DNA of 64,000 nucleotides, taken from the NCBI GenBank assembly GCA_965225085.1, contig CBDDBE010000001.1, positions 1,641 to 65,640 on the forward strand, written 5' to 3'. This DNA comes from an uncultured Candidatus Saccharibacteria bacterium. Its GTDB lineage: Bacteria; Patescibacteriota; Saccharimonadia; Saccharimonadales; EFPC-124. Below the pieces are notes generated by a model. That model made no database searches, had not been told where the DNA came from, and saw nothing but the letters and a program-made list of their open reading frames with translations. Position 1 is the first letter of the stretch; every line of letters starts with the position of its first letter. The position numbers were made by a program, and so were the translations under genes. Below are positions 9,405 through 19,148 of this stretch, piece by piece.

Positions 9405-9428
9405 TATAATGTAACATGTTACATTATA
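9405..9428. promoter_or_regulatory. perfect 24-bp palindrome, candidate MarR operator in the divergent promoter
   Basis: ttataatgtaacatgttacattataa is perfectly self-complementary. It is centred between the marR start (9387) and the 9455 start, and embeds TATAAT-like hexamers on both strands. Confidence 0.6.
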
Positions 9429-9454
9429 GCATATATTGAAAACAAGGAGAGCAA

Positions 9455-10909
9455 ATGATTAGGCTCAAAGAACAAGGGTGGCTTACAACGATTGGATGTA
9501 CTCTACTGAGTGCTCTGTCCTTCTATCTATCGACGGGACTTGGGTCCATATGGGCTCTCGCGTGGGTAGCCCCTTTGCCCCTCCTCTGGCTTGCCTATGG
9601 CAAGCAGTCTTGGTGGCGCGTAGGACTAGCAACATTTTTGGCTTTTGGCATCGGCAACAGTGAATTTATCCGACCATTTCTGGGCACCGGCGCAGCAGCA
9701 ATAGGCGTTACATTTGGCGTCTTGGGCCTTGCTACTACAGCAGTTGCTGCTGTGCTTCTTTCCAGATGGGTGTATAGGCGTTCACACTGGATAGGGGCAT
9801 TACTATTCTTCCCGGCGCTATGGACAGCAGCTGAATACGCTACTTCACTAGTCTCGCCCAACGGCACAATTGGGTCATTCGCCTACACGCAGGTTGGCGC
9901 CCCCATACTCATACAGAGTGTAGCGCTTTTTGGCATATGGGGTATTACGTTCCTCATTTGTCTTTTTGCCAATAACCTTGCGTTATCTTTGCGCGATCGA
10001 AAACATGCCAAGTCGCTTGTCGTGATAATGGCCGTTGTGTTTCTGAGCAACCTTGGTCTTGGCATCTTCAGACTCAATACAAGCGCAGGCCAGACGTCAG
10101 CAGAGATAGCCGCCATCGCCAAAGATACCTTGACGCTGCGTGCAAGCTCTGGGCAAACGTGGACTGATGTTACAACTCAGTATGCAGCCGAAATTCATAG
10201 GGTCGCAGCGGCGCATCCAGGCCTTAAAGCTGTTGTATTACCCGAGAAACTCGCAATTCTGCAACCTGCCTGGCGAGCTGCGGCCCTCACCCCTCTCGCA
10301 AACGAAGCACGCGCCGATCGTGTGCGTATTGTCGCAGGGTTTGACGATGAGGTGCCTGGCGCCACTGGCCACAACATTGCCATAACCTTTGAGCCGGACG
10401 GCACCAGCCAAACCTATGCAAAACGGCACTTACTTACCGCTGAGTCTAGTAGCGATGAGGGCAGTTTGGCGCCAGGCTCAACCCCGGGCTTGCTCGGCGA
10501 CGGTACTTCTGTGGAGATTTGCAAAGATATGGACTTTCCTGATACGACCCGCAGTGATGTCGCAGGGCATGGTGTCGGGGTTATCTACGTGCCGGCCGAG
10601 GATTTCACGATAGATCATTGGATGCATGCCCGCATTGCTGTTGTGCGGGGCGTCGAGAATGGCTCTTCGGTCATACGATCTGCTCGCAAGGGTGAACAAA
10701 CAATTAGCGATAATCGTGGTCGGGTGATCGCACAGGGCATGAGCTCAACAGCTGCCTTTAGCTCTAGCGTTGCAACCGTACCAGTAGGCAGTGGCAACAC
10801 GCTATATGGCAAGCTTGGTGATATATTCGCCTGGACAAGCACGCTGCTTGCGATCGCCATTCTAGGCCTTAGCGCGCGTCCTTACCCAAAAACTCGCATG
10901 CACAAATAG
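9455..10909 (+). CDS. apolipoprotein N-acyltransferase-like protein (polytopic N-terminus plus CN-hydrolase domain)
   Basis: About 6-7 N-terminal TMs, then a carbon-nitrogen hydrolase region with a candidate E-K-C triad (VVLPEK, AKRHLL, VEICKDMDF), then a C-terminal TM. SD aaggagag. Confidence 0.7.
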   Translation: MIRLKEQGWLTTIGCTLLSALSFYLSTGLGSIWALAWVAPLPLLWLAYGKQSWWRVGLATFLAFGIGNSEFIRPFLGTGAAAIGVTFGVLGLATTAVAAVLLSRWVYRRSHWIGALLFFPALWTAAEYATSLVSPNGTIGSFAYTQVGAPILIQSVALFGIWGITFLICLFANNLALSLRDRKHAKSLVVIMAVVFLSNLGLGIFRLNTSAGQTSAEIAAIAKDTLTLRASSGQTWTDVTTQYAAEIHRVAAAHPGLKAVVLPEKLAILQPAWRAAALTPLANEARADRVRIVAGFDDEVPGATGHNIAITFEPDGTSQTYAKRHLLTAESSSDEGSLAPGSTPGLLGDGTSVEICKDMDFPDTTRSDVAGHGVGVIYVPAEDFTIDHWMHARIAVVRGVENGSSVIRSARKGEQTISDNRGRVIAQGMSSTAAFSSSVATVPVGSGNTLYGKLGDIFAWTSTLLAIAILGLSARPYPKTRMHK

Positions 10910-10952
10910 GGATTAGATCAGTTCGTCCTTTATAGCTTCAAAATAGCCAAAC

Positions 10953-10981
10953 AAAAACTCCTCAATTACAGAGGAGTTTTT
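10953..10981. terminator. bidirectional rho-independent terminator
   Basis: aaaaactcctc-aattaca-gaggagttttt. Confidence 0.65.
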
Positions 10982-11107
10982 GAAATTATTGAATTCGTAC
11001 TCTCTTTCTTAAATTGTCCGAGTGTTGTCATACGTGCCAATTGTACGACAAATAATTGGAAACTCCAATGATTGTATAGACCAATTACTTATGTTAGGCT
11101 ATACAGT

Positions 11108-11560
11108 ATGGAAAAATCATTGCCGCCAAAGCAGTTACCTAGTCGGCTTCAAGCGCATCCCATTTTTATGATGATTATGCTACTCAAGACCGCTCGTCGC
11201 CTGAGTACTGAGCGCTATGGTGAAAAACCTAAAGGCGTACATATGCCGCATTATGCTATTTTAGCAATGCTAGATGAACATGAAACACTGTCACAAAAGC
11301 AGATTAGTCAAATGATAGATACCGACCCTGGTGATATCGTAGGCCTTATCGACAGTCTTGAAGACGCACGTATGGTAGTGCGTAGTCCAGACAAACAAGA
11401 TCGCCGCCGCCATTCCCTGCGTATTACCGACGTTGGCCGAACCGAGCTGGCCAAACTCGACGTTAGGACTGCGGAATTAAATGATATATTGTTTGCGCCG
11501 CTCACACCCGAACAGCGCCGCCAGTTCGAAGAGGCTTTATGCCGTTTACTCGAACGATAG
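11108..11560 (+). CDS. MarR family transcriptional regulator
   Basis: HYAILAMLDEHETLSQKQISQMIDTDPGDIVGLIDSLEDARMVVRSPDKQDRRRHSLRIT is typical MarR wHTH. The start choice (ATG 11108) is uncertain; the ORF is open from 11072. Confidence 0.8.
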   Translation: MEKSLPPKQLPSRLQAHPIFMMIMLLKTARRLSTERYGEKPKGVHMPHYAILAMLDEHETLSQKQISQMIDTDPGDIVGLIDSLEDARMVVRSPDKQDRRRHSLRITDVGRTELAKLDVRTAELNDILFAPLTPEQRRQFEEALCRLLER

Positions 11561-11612
11561 ATAAAATTTTAGCGCCGCTACATCATGGCGGCTATAACAG
11601 AAGGAGTAAGAG

Positions 11613-12320
11613 ATGGGTATGAAAAAGATAGCATTTATTACAGGCGCAAATAAAGGTATCGGCTTCGAGATAGCAAAGCAGCTCGGGCAGCAAGGCATCA
11701 CCGTCCTCGTTGGGGCTCGAGACGCAGTCCGCGGCAAGGCTGCCACGGAGCTGCTTACAAACGAGGGCATCGACGCCCACATGATTATGATTGATGTCAC
11801 CGATGAGGAGTCTATTAAGTTGGCTGCAGAAAGTATAGCCCAACACTACGCCCACCTTGATATTTTGGTTAACAATGCAGGCATCGCGCTCGGGCAAGGC
11901 TTCAAACCAAGCGAAACACCACTTCAGGCAATGCGAGAAACGTATGAGACTAACGTATTCGGCGTTGTAGGTGTGACAAATGCGATGCTACCCTTACTGC
12001 GTAAATCAAAGGCTGGTCGCATCGTCACTGTTTCAAGTAGAATGGGGTCGCTCACTTTCGCAGCAGACCCTACTTCGCCTTCGGCACAATTACATATGCT
12101 AGCCTACAACTCATCAAAGGCAGCACTCAATGCGGTGACCCTCGAGTATGCCAAGGAACTCCGCGGCACATCGATCAAAATTAACGCAGCCGATCCGGGC
12201 TACGTCTTTGGGGATCGAACGTACGCAGACGGAGCAAAAGCTGCAGTGCGTTTAGCTGCACTTTCCGAAGATGGCCCATCTGGCACATTTCAGAATGAAA
12301 CTGGCACTGTCGCTTGGTGA
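11613..12320 (+). CDS. SDR family oxidoreductase (carbonyl-reductase-like)
   Basis: TGANKGIG cofactor motif, NNAG and the YNSSK catalytic motif. SD aaggag 6 nt upstream. Confidence 0.9.
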   Translation: MGMKKIAFITGANKGIGFEIAKQLGQQGITVLVGARDAVRGKAATELLTNEGIDAHMIMIDVTDEESIKLAAESIAQHYAHLDILVNNAGIALGQGFKPSETPLQAMRETYETNVFGVVGVTNAMLPLLRKSKAGRIVTVSSRMGSLTFAADPTSPSAQLHMLAYNSSKAALNAVTLEYAKELRGTSIKINAADPGYVFGDRTYADGAKAAVRLAALSEDGPSGTFQNETGTVAW

Positions 12321-12371
12321 AGCACCCTATATTCCTTTTTTAAACAGCTGCAATCTTCTTAATAAACAAAA

Positions 12372-12414
12372 AATGTTCCACGTTGACGCTCAGTAGTTCG
12401 AGCAGTGGAACATT
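12372..12414. terminator. 10-bp perfect hairpin between the SDR gene and tRNA-Leu
   Basis: aatgttccac ... gtggaacatt. Confidence 0.45.
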
Positions 12415-12434
12415 CTATATCTGTAATTCTATTA

Positions 12435-12521
12435 TGGTGCGGACGAGAGGACTTGAACCTCCACAACCTTACGGCCACTACCACCTCAAGGTAGCGCGTC
12501 TACCAATTCCGCCACGTCCGC
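12435..12521 (-). tRNA. tRNA-Leu (anticodon GAG), CCA encoded
   Basis: The reverse complement folds as acceptor GCGGACG/CGTCCGC, anticodon stem CTACC/GGTAG with loop TTGAGGT, a long variable arm, T arm GGAGG-TTCAAGT-CCTCT and ACCA. A TTGAAC-17-TATCAT promoter lies at about 12536-12564. Confidence 0.9.
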
Positions 12522-12568
12522 ATGATATAACCTTGGTATGATACGATTTTTCTGAGAAAAGTTCAAGA

Positions 12569-14374
12569 TCAAAGCGTCGGTCGTAGCTGCACCTTGCTGG
12601 CGGACCAGTACAAAATGTTGTCGTAGCGGTCAGTCGGATCGGCTAGGTTGCGCGCCGAAAAGCTACTGACCCCTTTGGTTTGAATGTACGTCAGGCTCGG
12701 ACGATATAAGCCAATTGCCGGGGTATCAGCCAACCAGCGCTGGGTAAACGTGCGGTACTTGGCGGCCCGCAGAGCTGGATCGCTGCGCGAACGGGCGCTG
12801 TCCAGCGCGTCGTCGGCCTGGGCCGAGCGATAGTCAGAGAGGTTAAAGCCTCGATCATTTGCCTGCGAGGAATGCCAATAGGCGTACACGTCGGGGTCGG
12901 ACCCAATGGCGAGGTCGTAAACCAACACATCGTAGGCCCGGGGAATGATGATATTCTGCTGGATATCCTCGGGCTTTACCACCTGGGAGTCAAACGTCAC
13001 GCCGACTTTCGACCATTGATCCATGAGTGTCTGTGCGATGGCCGGGAAGTCGCCACTACTGAGCGTTGCCATTTGGAGCTTCAGCTTCTGGCCCAGGGCG
13101 TTCACGCGCTTTCCATCCGGCCCGGCTTTCCATCCGGCTGCATCCAGCAAGCTCTTGGCCTGAGCTACATCAGTGACAGATTGCTTAAGCCCAGGGTCGT
13201 ACCCTAGTTGCCCATTCAGAATCGGCCCAGTGACCGGCTGAACACGATTATGCAACTGCCGCAGGAGCGCATTCTGATCGGTTGCGAGTTCGAGCGCATT
13301 GCGAACCTTCGGATCCTTCAGCATCGGGCTGTCCATCTGGAAAAAGGCGTATACGGCATTGAACAAAGGCGAATCTGAACGCACGATGCCCTTTAGATCG
13401 TTTAGGCTCTCTAGCTGCTCGTTCTCTTGGTCGCTCATAGCTGCGACGTCCTGCGTACGGAATGCTCGCACGAGGGCATCGCTACTGGCATAGGCGTGAA
13501 GCTGAAAATGCGCGAGCTTTGGCGCGCCCAGGAAATAATCCGGGTTGGCGTCGAGACGAATAATCGACTGTGCATCGCTGCCCCCAATGGCGTGAATGTT
13601 CTGGAAAGTAAACGGGCCGCTCGTGACGCTTGGACTGCGGCTAAAGCTGTAGCTACGCAGCTGCGACGAGCGAACTTTGCCAAGTGTATGCTCGGGCAAA
13701 ATCCCAACCGTCAGCGCATTCAGAAACGGCGTATATGGGGCGGGCAGCGTAAAACGCACGGTATACGGATCGAGCTGCTCAACCGTAATATTGCGCCAAC
13801 TACTATACAGCTGGGAATGCGTATCGGCGTCCTTGATAGCGCCAAAGGTAAACACGACGTCTTTCGCCGTCACCGGCAAGCCATCGTTCCAACGGGCATC
13901 TTTGCGCAGCGCCATAGTGTAGGCCTTGCCACTGCCATCGACATTGTAATGATCAACCAACACCGGCTGCGGCGTGCCACGAGTATCCTCGTAGAACAAG
14001 CTGGCAAAAAGCAATCGGGCTGCCGATCGCTCGGCTGGCGTGCTGGCGAAGATAGGGTTGAGGTTGTCTGCCGCGCCGACCACGCCTTCGGTGTATGTCG
14101 TATTATCGGCCGGCACATCAGCGCTATAGAGTCGTGCAAACTGTGCATTCTGCCAAAAGATCGCGGCAATCAACGCAGCAATGACGAGCAGCCACGCACC
14201 AGCCATCCGCCGGACTTCCTGGAGGTTTTTCCAACGGCGAACGATAAATTTATTGGCGTGGCCTAAGGTCGCGCCTTCCAAACGGCGCAGTCGACCACGC
14301 AACTGTTCAGCGGAGGCCGGCGTTTCTTCCAGCCCGTCAAGGCCCGCGTCGTCGCTCACCCGTGCCTTCGCCAT
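12569..14374 (-). CDS. ABC transporter substrate-binding protein, family 5 (peptide/nickel type), N-terminal membrane anchor
   Basis: 601 aa. TM (AGAWLLVIAALIAAIFW) then an SBP_bac_5-like body (WNDGLPVTAKDVVFTF..., NPDYF...). No permease or ATPase gene is adjacent. Confidence 0.8.
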   Translation of the reverse strand: MAKARVSDDAGLDGLEETPASAEQLRGRLRRLEGATLGHANKFIVRRWKNLQEVRRMAGAWLLVIAALIAAIFWQNAQFARLYSADVPADNTTYTEGVVGAADNLNPIFASTPAERSAARLLFASLFYEDTRGTPQPVLVDHYNVDGSGKAYTMALRKDARWNDGLPVTAKDVVFTFGAIKDADTHSQLYSSWRNITVEQLDPYTVRFTLPAPYTPFLNALTVGILPEHTLGKVRSSQLRSYSFSRSPSVTSGPFTFQNIHAIGGSDAQSIIRLDANPDYFLGAPKLAHFQLHAYASSDALVRAFRTQDVAAMSDQENEQLESLNDLKGIVRSDSPLFNAVYAFFQMDSPMLKDPKVRNALELATDQNALLRQLHNRVQPVTGPILNGQLGYDPGLKQSVTDVAQAKSLLDAAGWKAGPDGKRVNALGQKLKLQMATLSSGDFPAIAQTLMDQWSKVGVTFDSQVVKPEDIQQNIIIPRAYDVLVYDLAIGSDPDVYAYWHSSQANDRGFNLSDYRSAQADDALDSARSRSDPALRAAKYRTFTQRWLADTPAIGLYRPSLTYIQTKGVSSFSARNLADPTDRYDNILYWSASKVQLRPTL

Positions 14375-14376
14375 CG

Positions 14377-14601
14377 TTATCCTATCAACAAGCCTGTAAT
14401 CAGCGAGCCGACAAACACAACAGACAATATAATGGTGGCTTCGAATAGGCTCTTGTCGGTACCTCGACGCGTGGTAAACAGTTCGCCCGAGCTACCAAAC
14501 CCCGCGCCTAGACTCGCACCGCGTGCCTGCGTGAGGATGCAGGCGACCATCAGTACGGCAGAGGTAATCGTGACAATACTCAGTATAGTGTGGCTATTCA
14601 T
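14377..14601 (-). CDS. secG: preprotein translocase subunit SecG
   Basis: 74 aa, two TMs flanking the G-rich loop GASLGAGFGSSGELFTTRRG, typical of SecG. Confidence 0.85.
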   Translation of the reverse strand: MNSHTILSIVTITSAVLMVACILTQARGASLGAGFGSSGELFTTRRGTDKSLFEATIILSVVFVGSLITGLLIG

Positions 14602-14984
14602 AATCTTTTTCCTGATTCGTTCAAGTCAAGTAGACTTGTTAGTACATAGTTTATCAAGCTAACAATCATACCAGCAAGTACCGCCGGCCAAAATCCAATC
14701 CGCAGCCCGCCAACCAAGTGCGCGGCGATCCACACCATAAAGCCATTCACAATCAGCGTAAACAACCCTAGCGTCAGCAAAATCGCCGGCAGCGACAGAA
14801 TGACGATGATTGGCTTTAGGATGACGTTTACCAGTGACAGCACCAAACCCGCCCAGAAAAACAGTACATAGCCTTGAGTCGGGTCGTACTCTACCCCATG
14901 CCCCACCAGCAAACGCACAGCCACCCACAGCCCGAGGCTATTGAGTATCCAGCGCAACAGAAAACGAAAAAATTGTCGTTGCAT
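14598..14984 (-). CDS. phage holin family 4 (4-TM, Phage_holin_4_2-like) membrane protein
   Basis: 128 aa and 4 TMs, with the pattern LNSLGLWVA...IKPIIVILSLPAILLTLGLFTLIVNGFMVW...LINYVL. Its stop overlaps the secG start (ATGA). Confidence 0.7.
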   Translation of the reverse strand: MQRQFFRFLLRWILNSLGLWVAVRLLVGHGVEYDPTQGYVLFFWAGLVLSLVNVILKPIIVILSLPAILLTLGLFTLIVNGFMVWIAAHLVGGLRIGFWPAVLAGMIVSLINYVLTSLLDLNESGKRL

Positions 14985-15035
14985 GCATATAATCCTTATA
15001 GCCAGTATACCACGCGGCCATTACAATAAGTCTAC

Positions 15036-17003
15036 ATGACCGACAAATCAACACACGAGCTCGGGTGCGCCGAGCGACTTGACCCGACTATTCGTCCCCA
15101 GGACGACTTCTTTGGCTATACAAATGCTAAGTGGCTGATCGCCCATCCCATCCCCGCCAGCGAGACCAGATGGGGAGCGTTTGATGTGCTGCACGACCAA
15201 GCGCTGAAGGATGTTCGTGCGCTCTGCGAGGAGCTTGTGGGCAATAGCTTAGCAACCGATGAATTGCAACAGCAAATCCGCGACTTTTACCAAAGCGGCC
15301 TGGATTTTGACAAACATCAGGACAACAACCGATCTTTGCTCCAAAAATATTTTGCACGCATCGACGCTACCAAGCCAGGCGAGCTTCCAACCCTACTCGG
15401 CGAACTGCACCAACATGGCCTAGGCAGCCCATGGCGAGTTATGATTGACGCCGATGACCAGGACAGCAGCAAGCATATCCTACACATCTCGCAGCCCAAG
15501 CTAACCCTACCCGATCGCGACTATTACCTCGAGGAAAGCGCCAAAATGCAGACCATTCGCGATGCGTACCGTGCTCACACCAGCGCGATGCACGCCGAGT
15601 TTCCGACGCTGGCCGACACCGACCAAGACCTATGGCGGGTGATTTGGGATTTCGAGCACACCCTTGCCGAGCATATTCGGACCAAAACCGAGCTGCGCGA
15701 CGTCCAGAACAACTACCACAACATGCCGTTTGCCGACATCGTGCGTGATTATCCGCACTGTGGTTGGGCGGAGTACGCCGCAGCGCTGGGATGGACCGAC
15801 ACCAGTAACATCAGCGTCGACCAGCCTGAGGTCCTGACTTTCGTAGACAGCCTGCTCGACAGCAAATCTCTGGACGACTGGAAGATATACCTCAAATGGC
15901 TAATGCTGGTCGAATACGGCGGCAAAATCAGCGAAAGTATCGCGAGGCTGCGCTTCGAGTTCTTTGGCCGCGTGCTCAGCGGCGTCAGCGAACTGCAGCC
16001 ATTGTGGAAGCGAGTCGTTTCGGTTATGGACGGGGCAATTGGCGAAGGAATCGGCAAAATCTACGCCGCCAAGCACTTCCCCGAGCAGTCCAAGCAGCAG
16101 GTCCTGGCACTGGTCGAGGACATCCGCACAGCCTACCGGCAGCGCATCGAAGCGCTGGACTGGATGAGCGAACCAACCAAGAAAATCGCCCTGCAAAAAC
16201 TCGCCAATATCAAGGTACTGATCGGTTATCCCGATACCTGGCGCGACTTTAGCGGGCTAGCCATCACCAGCGATTCCTACCTCGGTAACACGCTGACGGC
16301 GGAAGAGTTCAACACCCGGTACTGGCTGGACAAATTATCGCAGCCAACGTCGCGCGATGATTGGTTTATGCACCCGCAAACGGTCAATGCCTATCACGAC
16401 CCGAACAGGCTGGTCATCTGTTTCCCGGCGGCGATTTTGCAGGCTCCGTTCTTCAGCCCCGATGCGCCATACGCCGCTAACATCGGAGCGATTGGTGCGG
16501 TTATCGGGCACGAATTTACGCACGGTTTTGATGACCAGGGTTGCCAATTCGACGCCGACGGCAACGTCCGCACCTGGCAGACTGAGACCGAACGGGCTGA
16601 GTTTGCCAAACGCGCGGGCATTATCATCCAGCAGGCCAACCAATTCGAAGTTGTCCCCGGCGTGCACCTGAAGGGCGACCTGGTTATCGGCGAAAGTATT
16701 GCCGACCTGGGTGGGCTGGAGCTGGCTCGTTATGCGTTCAGAATGAAAAAATCAGAAGATACGGCCGAGAACGCTGATGGCCTGAGCGACGACGAGTTCT
16801 TCTTTGTCAGCTTTGCAGCAACAGAATGCGGACAAACACGCGAAGAGCGCAAACGGCAACTCGCCCTGATCGACCCGCACCCTGCCGAGACATTCCGCGT
16901 GAACGCCATGCTGGCGCATTGCGATGACTTTTACCAGACATTCGACGTGCAGCCGACCGACAAGCTATACCGTGCGCCGGAAGATCGTGCCAAAATTTGG
17001 TAG
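15036..17003 (+). CDS. pepO: M13 family metallopeptidase (PepO / endothelin-converting-enzyme-like)
   Basis: HEFTHGFD zinc motif, GESIADLGG (ENIADxGG) motif, NAYH; 655 aa. Confidence 0.9.
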   Translation: MTDKSTHELGCAERLDPTIRPQDDFFGYTNAKWLIAHPIPASETRWGAFDVLHDQALKDVRALCEELVGNSLATDELQQQIRDFYQSGLDFDKHQDNNRSLLQKYFARIDATKPGELPTLLGELHQHGLGSPWRVMIDADDQDSSKHILHISQPKLTLPDRDYYLEESAKMQTIRDAYRAHTSAMHAEFPTLADTDQDLWRVIWDFEHTLAEHIRTKTELRDVQNNYHNMPFADIVRDYPHCGWAEYAAALGWTDTSNISVDQPEVLTFVDSLLDSKSLDDWKIYLKWLMLVEYGGKISESIARLRFEFFGRVLSGVSELQPLWKRVVSVMDGAIGEGIGKIYAAKHFPEQSKQQVLALVEDIRTAYRQRIEALDWMSEPTKKIALQKLANIKVLIGYPDTWRDFSGLAITSDSYLGNTLTAEEFNTRYWLDKLSQPTSRDDWFMHPQTVNAYHDPNRLVICFPAAILQAPFFSPDAPYAANIGAIGAVIGHEFTHGFDDQGCQFDADGNVRTWQTETERAEFAKRAGIIIQQANQFEVVPGVHLKGDLVIGESIADLGGLELARYAFRMKKSEDTAENADGLSDDEFFFVSFAATECGQTREERKRQLALIDPHPAETFRVNAMLAHCDDFYQTFDVQPTDKLYRAPEDRAKIW

Positions 17004-17021
17004 ATAATTTCGTAGTTCTAA

Positions 17022-17057
17022 GCCGCTGCCCAGGCGAACAATCTGCCGGGCAGCGGC
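17022..17057. terminator. 10-bp GC hairpin between convergent genes
   Basis: gccgctgccc ... gggcagcggc. Confidence 0.45.
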
Positions 17058-17072
17058 GACCCTGTTGGAACA

Positions 17073-17552
17073 TTAGCCGTTACGGCCACGATCTCGGCCC
17101 TCTTCGATCGTGGCCCTGACCTGGCGGCGCTGAGCCTCCTTAGCCTCCTGCCTCAGCGCAACGTCATCCGCAGCATCGCGCAGGAATACCTGCACAGCTG
17201 GGGTGGCGCCGAGTTCGCGCACAAGCCTAGTGAGCTGGGGTGGAGGCGTGAGCTGGACGGGCTTGCCGTTGCCACGACCAGGGTTTGGCCGATACAGCCC
17301 CATATCTCTGGCCGCCTGGGTCTGACTAACGCCACTCGACAGCAAACGCCCCAAGGCCACGCTGAGATGGCCCTTGACGACATTGCCACGGTCCAGGAAC
17401 TGTCGCGGAACAGCCAACATGATGGCCACGCCCACGAACGCCATCTCCGGTACCGAACGCGTCATCAGCTGGGTGCGAGTCACTTCGCCCGCAAAGACCT
17501 GGCGAGTCAGCTGCAGCCTATCAGCCAAGAGAGATTCTCTCATCTCCATCAC
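17073..17552 (-). CDS. hypothetical protein (possible HTH segment)
   Basis: 159-aa GC-rich ORF. GVSQTQAARDMGL resembles an HTH turn. No family recognised. Confidence 0.45.
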   Translation of the reverse strand: MMEMRESLLADRLQLTRQVFAGEVTRTQLMTRSVPEMAFVGVAIMLAVPRQFLDRGNVVKGHLSVALGRLLSSGVSQTQAARDMGLYRPNPGRGNGKPVQLTPPPQLTRLVRELGATPAVQVFLRDAADDVALRQEAKEAQRRQVRATIEEGRDRGRNG

Positions 17553-17594
17553 TCTCTACTATTCGAAACAGGACAGGCCGACTATACCATAAAT

Positions 17595-19073
17595 CTATTT
17601 TCTTAACCACTTCCAGATGATATCTGCCTTCTTATTACCCAAAACGCCAATAATCTGCTCGTGGCTCGCACCCTTGACCGCACGCAGACTTCCAAAACTC
17701 TGGATAAGTTTGCGTCGAGTAACCGGACCGATGCCCGGGATCTCCTCCAGCTCGCTGGCGGTTTGCTTTTGGCGCTTTAGCACCGTGTGGTAGCTCACTG
17801 CAAAACGGTGCGACTCATCGCGGATACGCTGCAATAGCTTCACGATGTGCGAGTCCTTGGGCAATAGCACCATGTAAAAGTCATCACTCTCGACAATAGA
17901 CGCCTCAGGATAGGCATCCGGGTTGAGCGTCACGCCGCTGCGATCCTTGTGAATGACAATCTCCTCCAGCCGTTTGGCCAGTCCAATCGCCGGAATGTGC
18001 GCACCGCGTTCTTCCAGCCCATCCAAGGCCGCACCGAGCTGCCCTTTGCCGCCATCGATCAGCAGCAGGTCTGGTTTTGGCCAGTCCAGATGTTTGCCGC
18101 TAAAGCGCCGCAGCATGGTCTCGTTCATGTGAGCAAAGTCGTTGTTGCCCGGAATCTGCATTCTGAACTTGCGGTACTCGGCCTTGTCGGCCACCCCATT
18201 GGTCGCCACCACCAGACTCGCAACATTGTTGGTGCCACTCATATGACTGATGTCGTAGCCTTCGATCCGTCGCGGCGGGCCAGGCAAGGTCAGTAGCTGC
18301 TGCAGGCCGGCCAACGCTTGATCCTTGCTGATGTCCATAAATTCGCGGTCACTAAAGACGATCTGCTTTTGCAACTCGCGCAGGTTGTAGATCTGATTGC
18401 GCAGTTTGGCCGCACGCTCGAACTCCTTGTGTGCGGCCGCCGCCTTCATCTCGGTTTCCAGTTGACGGACCAGCATGTGCCGCCCACCCTTCAGATACAT
18501 AATGAGTTTGCGCAGCGACGCCTTGTAGTCAGCACTGCTAATTTTGTGCTCCTCAACCCCGGGACACAGGCCAATATGGTACTGCAAACAGACGCGCGCC
18601 GGCAAGGTCACGTGGGTGGAGTACGGGAATGCCCGGCGCAGATAACGCAGCGCTTTCTTGACCGCCCAGCCATTGTAATATGGACCAAAGTAGTCCGCCC
18701 CATCGTCCTGTGGCTGCCGCGTATAGCTGATATATGGGTACACGTCCTTCATGTTGATACGCACGTAGATTTGCGACTTGTCGTCACGCAGCAGGATATT
18801 GTAGCGCGGTTTGTAGCGCTTTATCATCTCACTTTCTAGGAAGAGTGCGTCGATCTCGCTCTCGACTTCTATCCAATCAGTATCGTGAATCTCGGCCACC
18901 AGCGCATCTGTTTTGGCATCGCGCAGACGTGATTCCTGAAAATACTGCCGCACCCGATTGCGCAGTACTGCCGCCTTGCCAACATAAATAATCTCGCCAG
19001 TTTTCGACTTGTGGAAGTACACTCCTGGTGAGCTTGGCAATGTTTTGAGCTTGGCTGCAAGCTGCTTGTTCAT
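17595..19073 (-). CDS. uvrC: excinuclease ABC subunit C
   Basis: GIY-YIG (GVYFHKSKTGEIIYVGKAAVLRNRV), UVR domain, RNase-H-like endonuclease and C-terminal (HhH)2 (IPGIGPVTRRKLIQSFGSL). Start moved to the ATG at 19073 (MNKQLAAKL). The 51-codon extension in the ORF track looks non-coding. Confidence 0.9.
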   Translation of the reverse strand: MNKQLAAKLKTLPSSPGVYFHKSKTGEIIYVGKAAVLRNRVRQYFQESRLRDAKTDALVAEIHDTDWIEVESEIDALFLESEMIKRYKPRYNILLRDDKSQIYVRINMKDVYPYISYTRQPQDDGADYFGPYYNGWAVKKALRYLRRAFPYSTHVTLPARVCLQYHIGLCPGVEEHKISSADYKASLRKLIMYLKGGRHMLVRQLETEMKAAAAHKEFERAAKLRNQIYNLRELQKQIVFSDREFMDISKDQALAGLQQLLTLPGPPRRIEGYDISHMSGTNNVASLVVATNGVADKAEYRKFRMQIPGNNDFAHMNETMLRRFSGKHLDWPKPDLLLIDGGKGQLGAALDGLEERGAHIPAIGLAKRLEEIVIHKDRSGVTLNPDAYPEASIVESDDFYMVLLPKDSHIVKLLQRIRDESHRFAVSYHTVLKRQKQTASELEEIPGIGPVTRRKLIQSFGSLRAVKGASHEQIIGVLGNKKADIIWKWLRK

Positions 19074-19148
19074 GGCTCTATTATACGGAGTGTCACCCAG
19101 TATACGCAAAGGTCGCCAACATGCAGCCACGTGGTATACCATATAACC

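Noticed and set aside
11037-11108. Short inverted repeats (ccaatt-N11-aattgg; tgtatagacc/ggctataca) upstream of the second marR as an operator
   Set aside because: The arms are short or imperfect, and several alternative pairings exist. This is not strong enough to report as a feature without binding data.
13427-14266. 279-aa plus-strand ORF
   Set aside because: It is a shadow ORF antisense to the well-supported family-5 SBP gene. It is Arg-rich with no recognisable domains. The same reasoning applies to 3353-4024, 7962-8594, 20205-20759, 23389-24330, 37682-38341, 51606-52157, 57372-57902 and 58411-59190.
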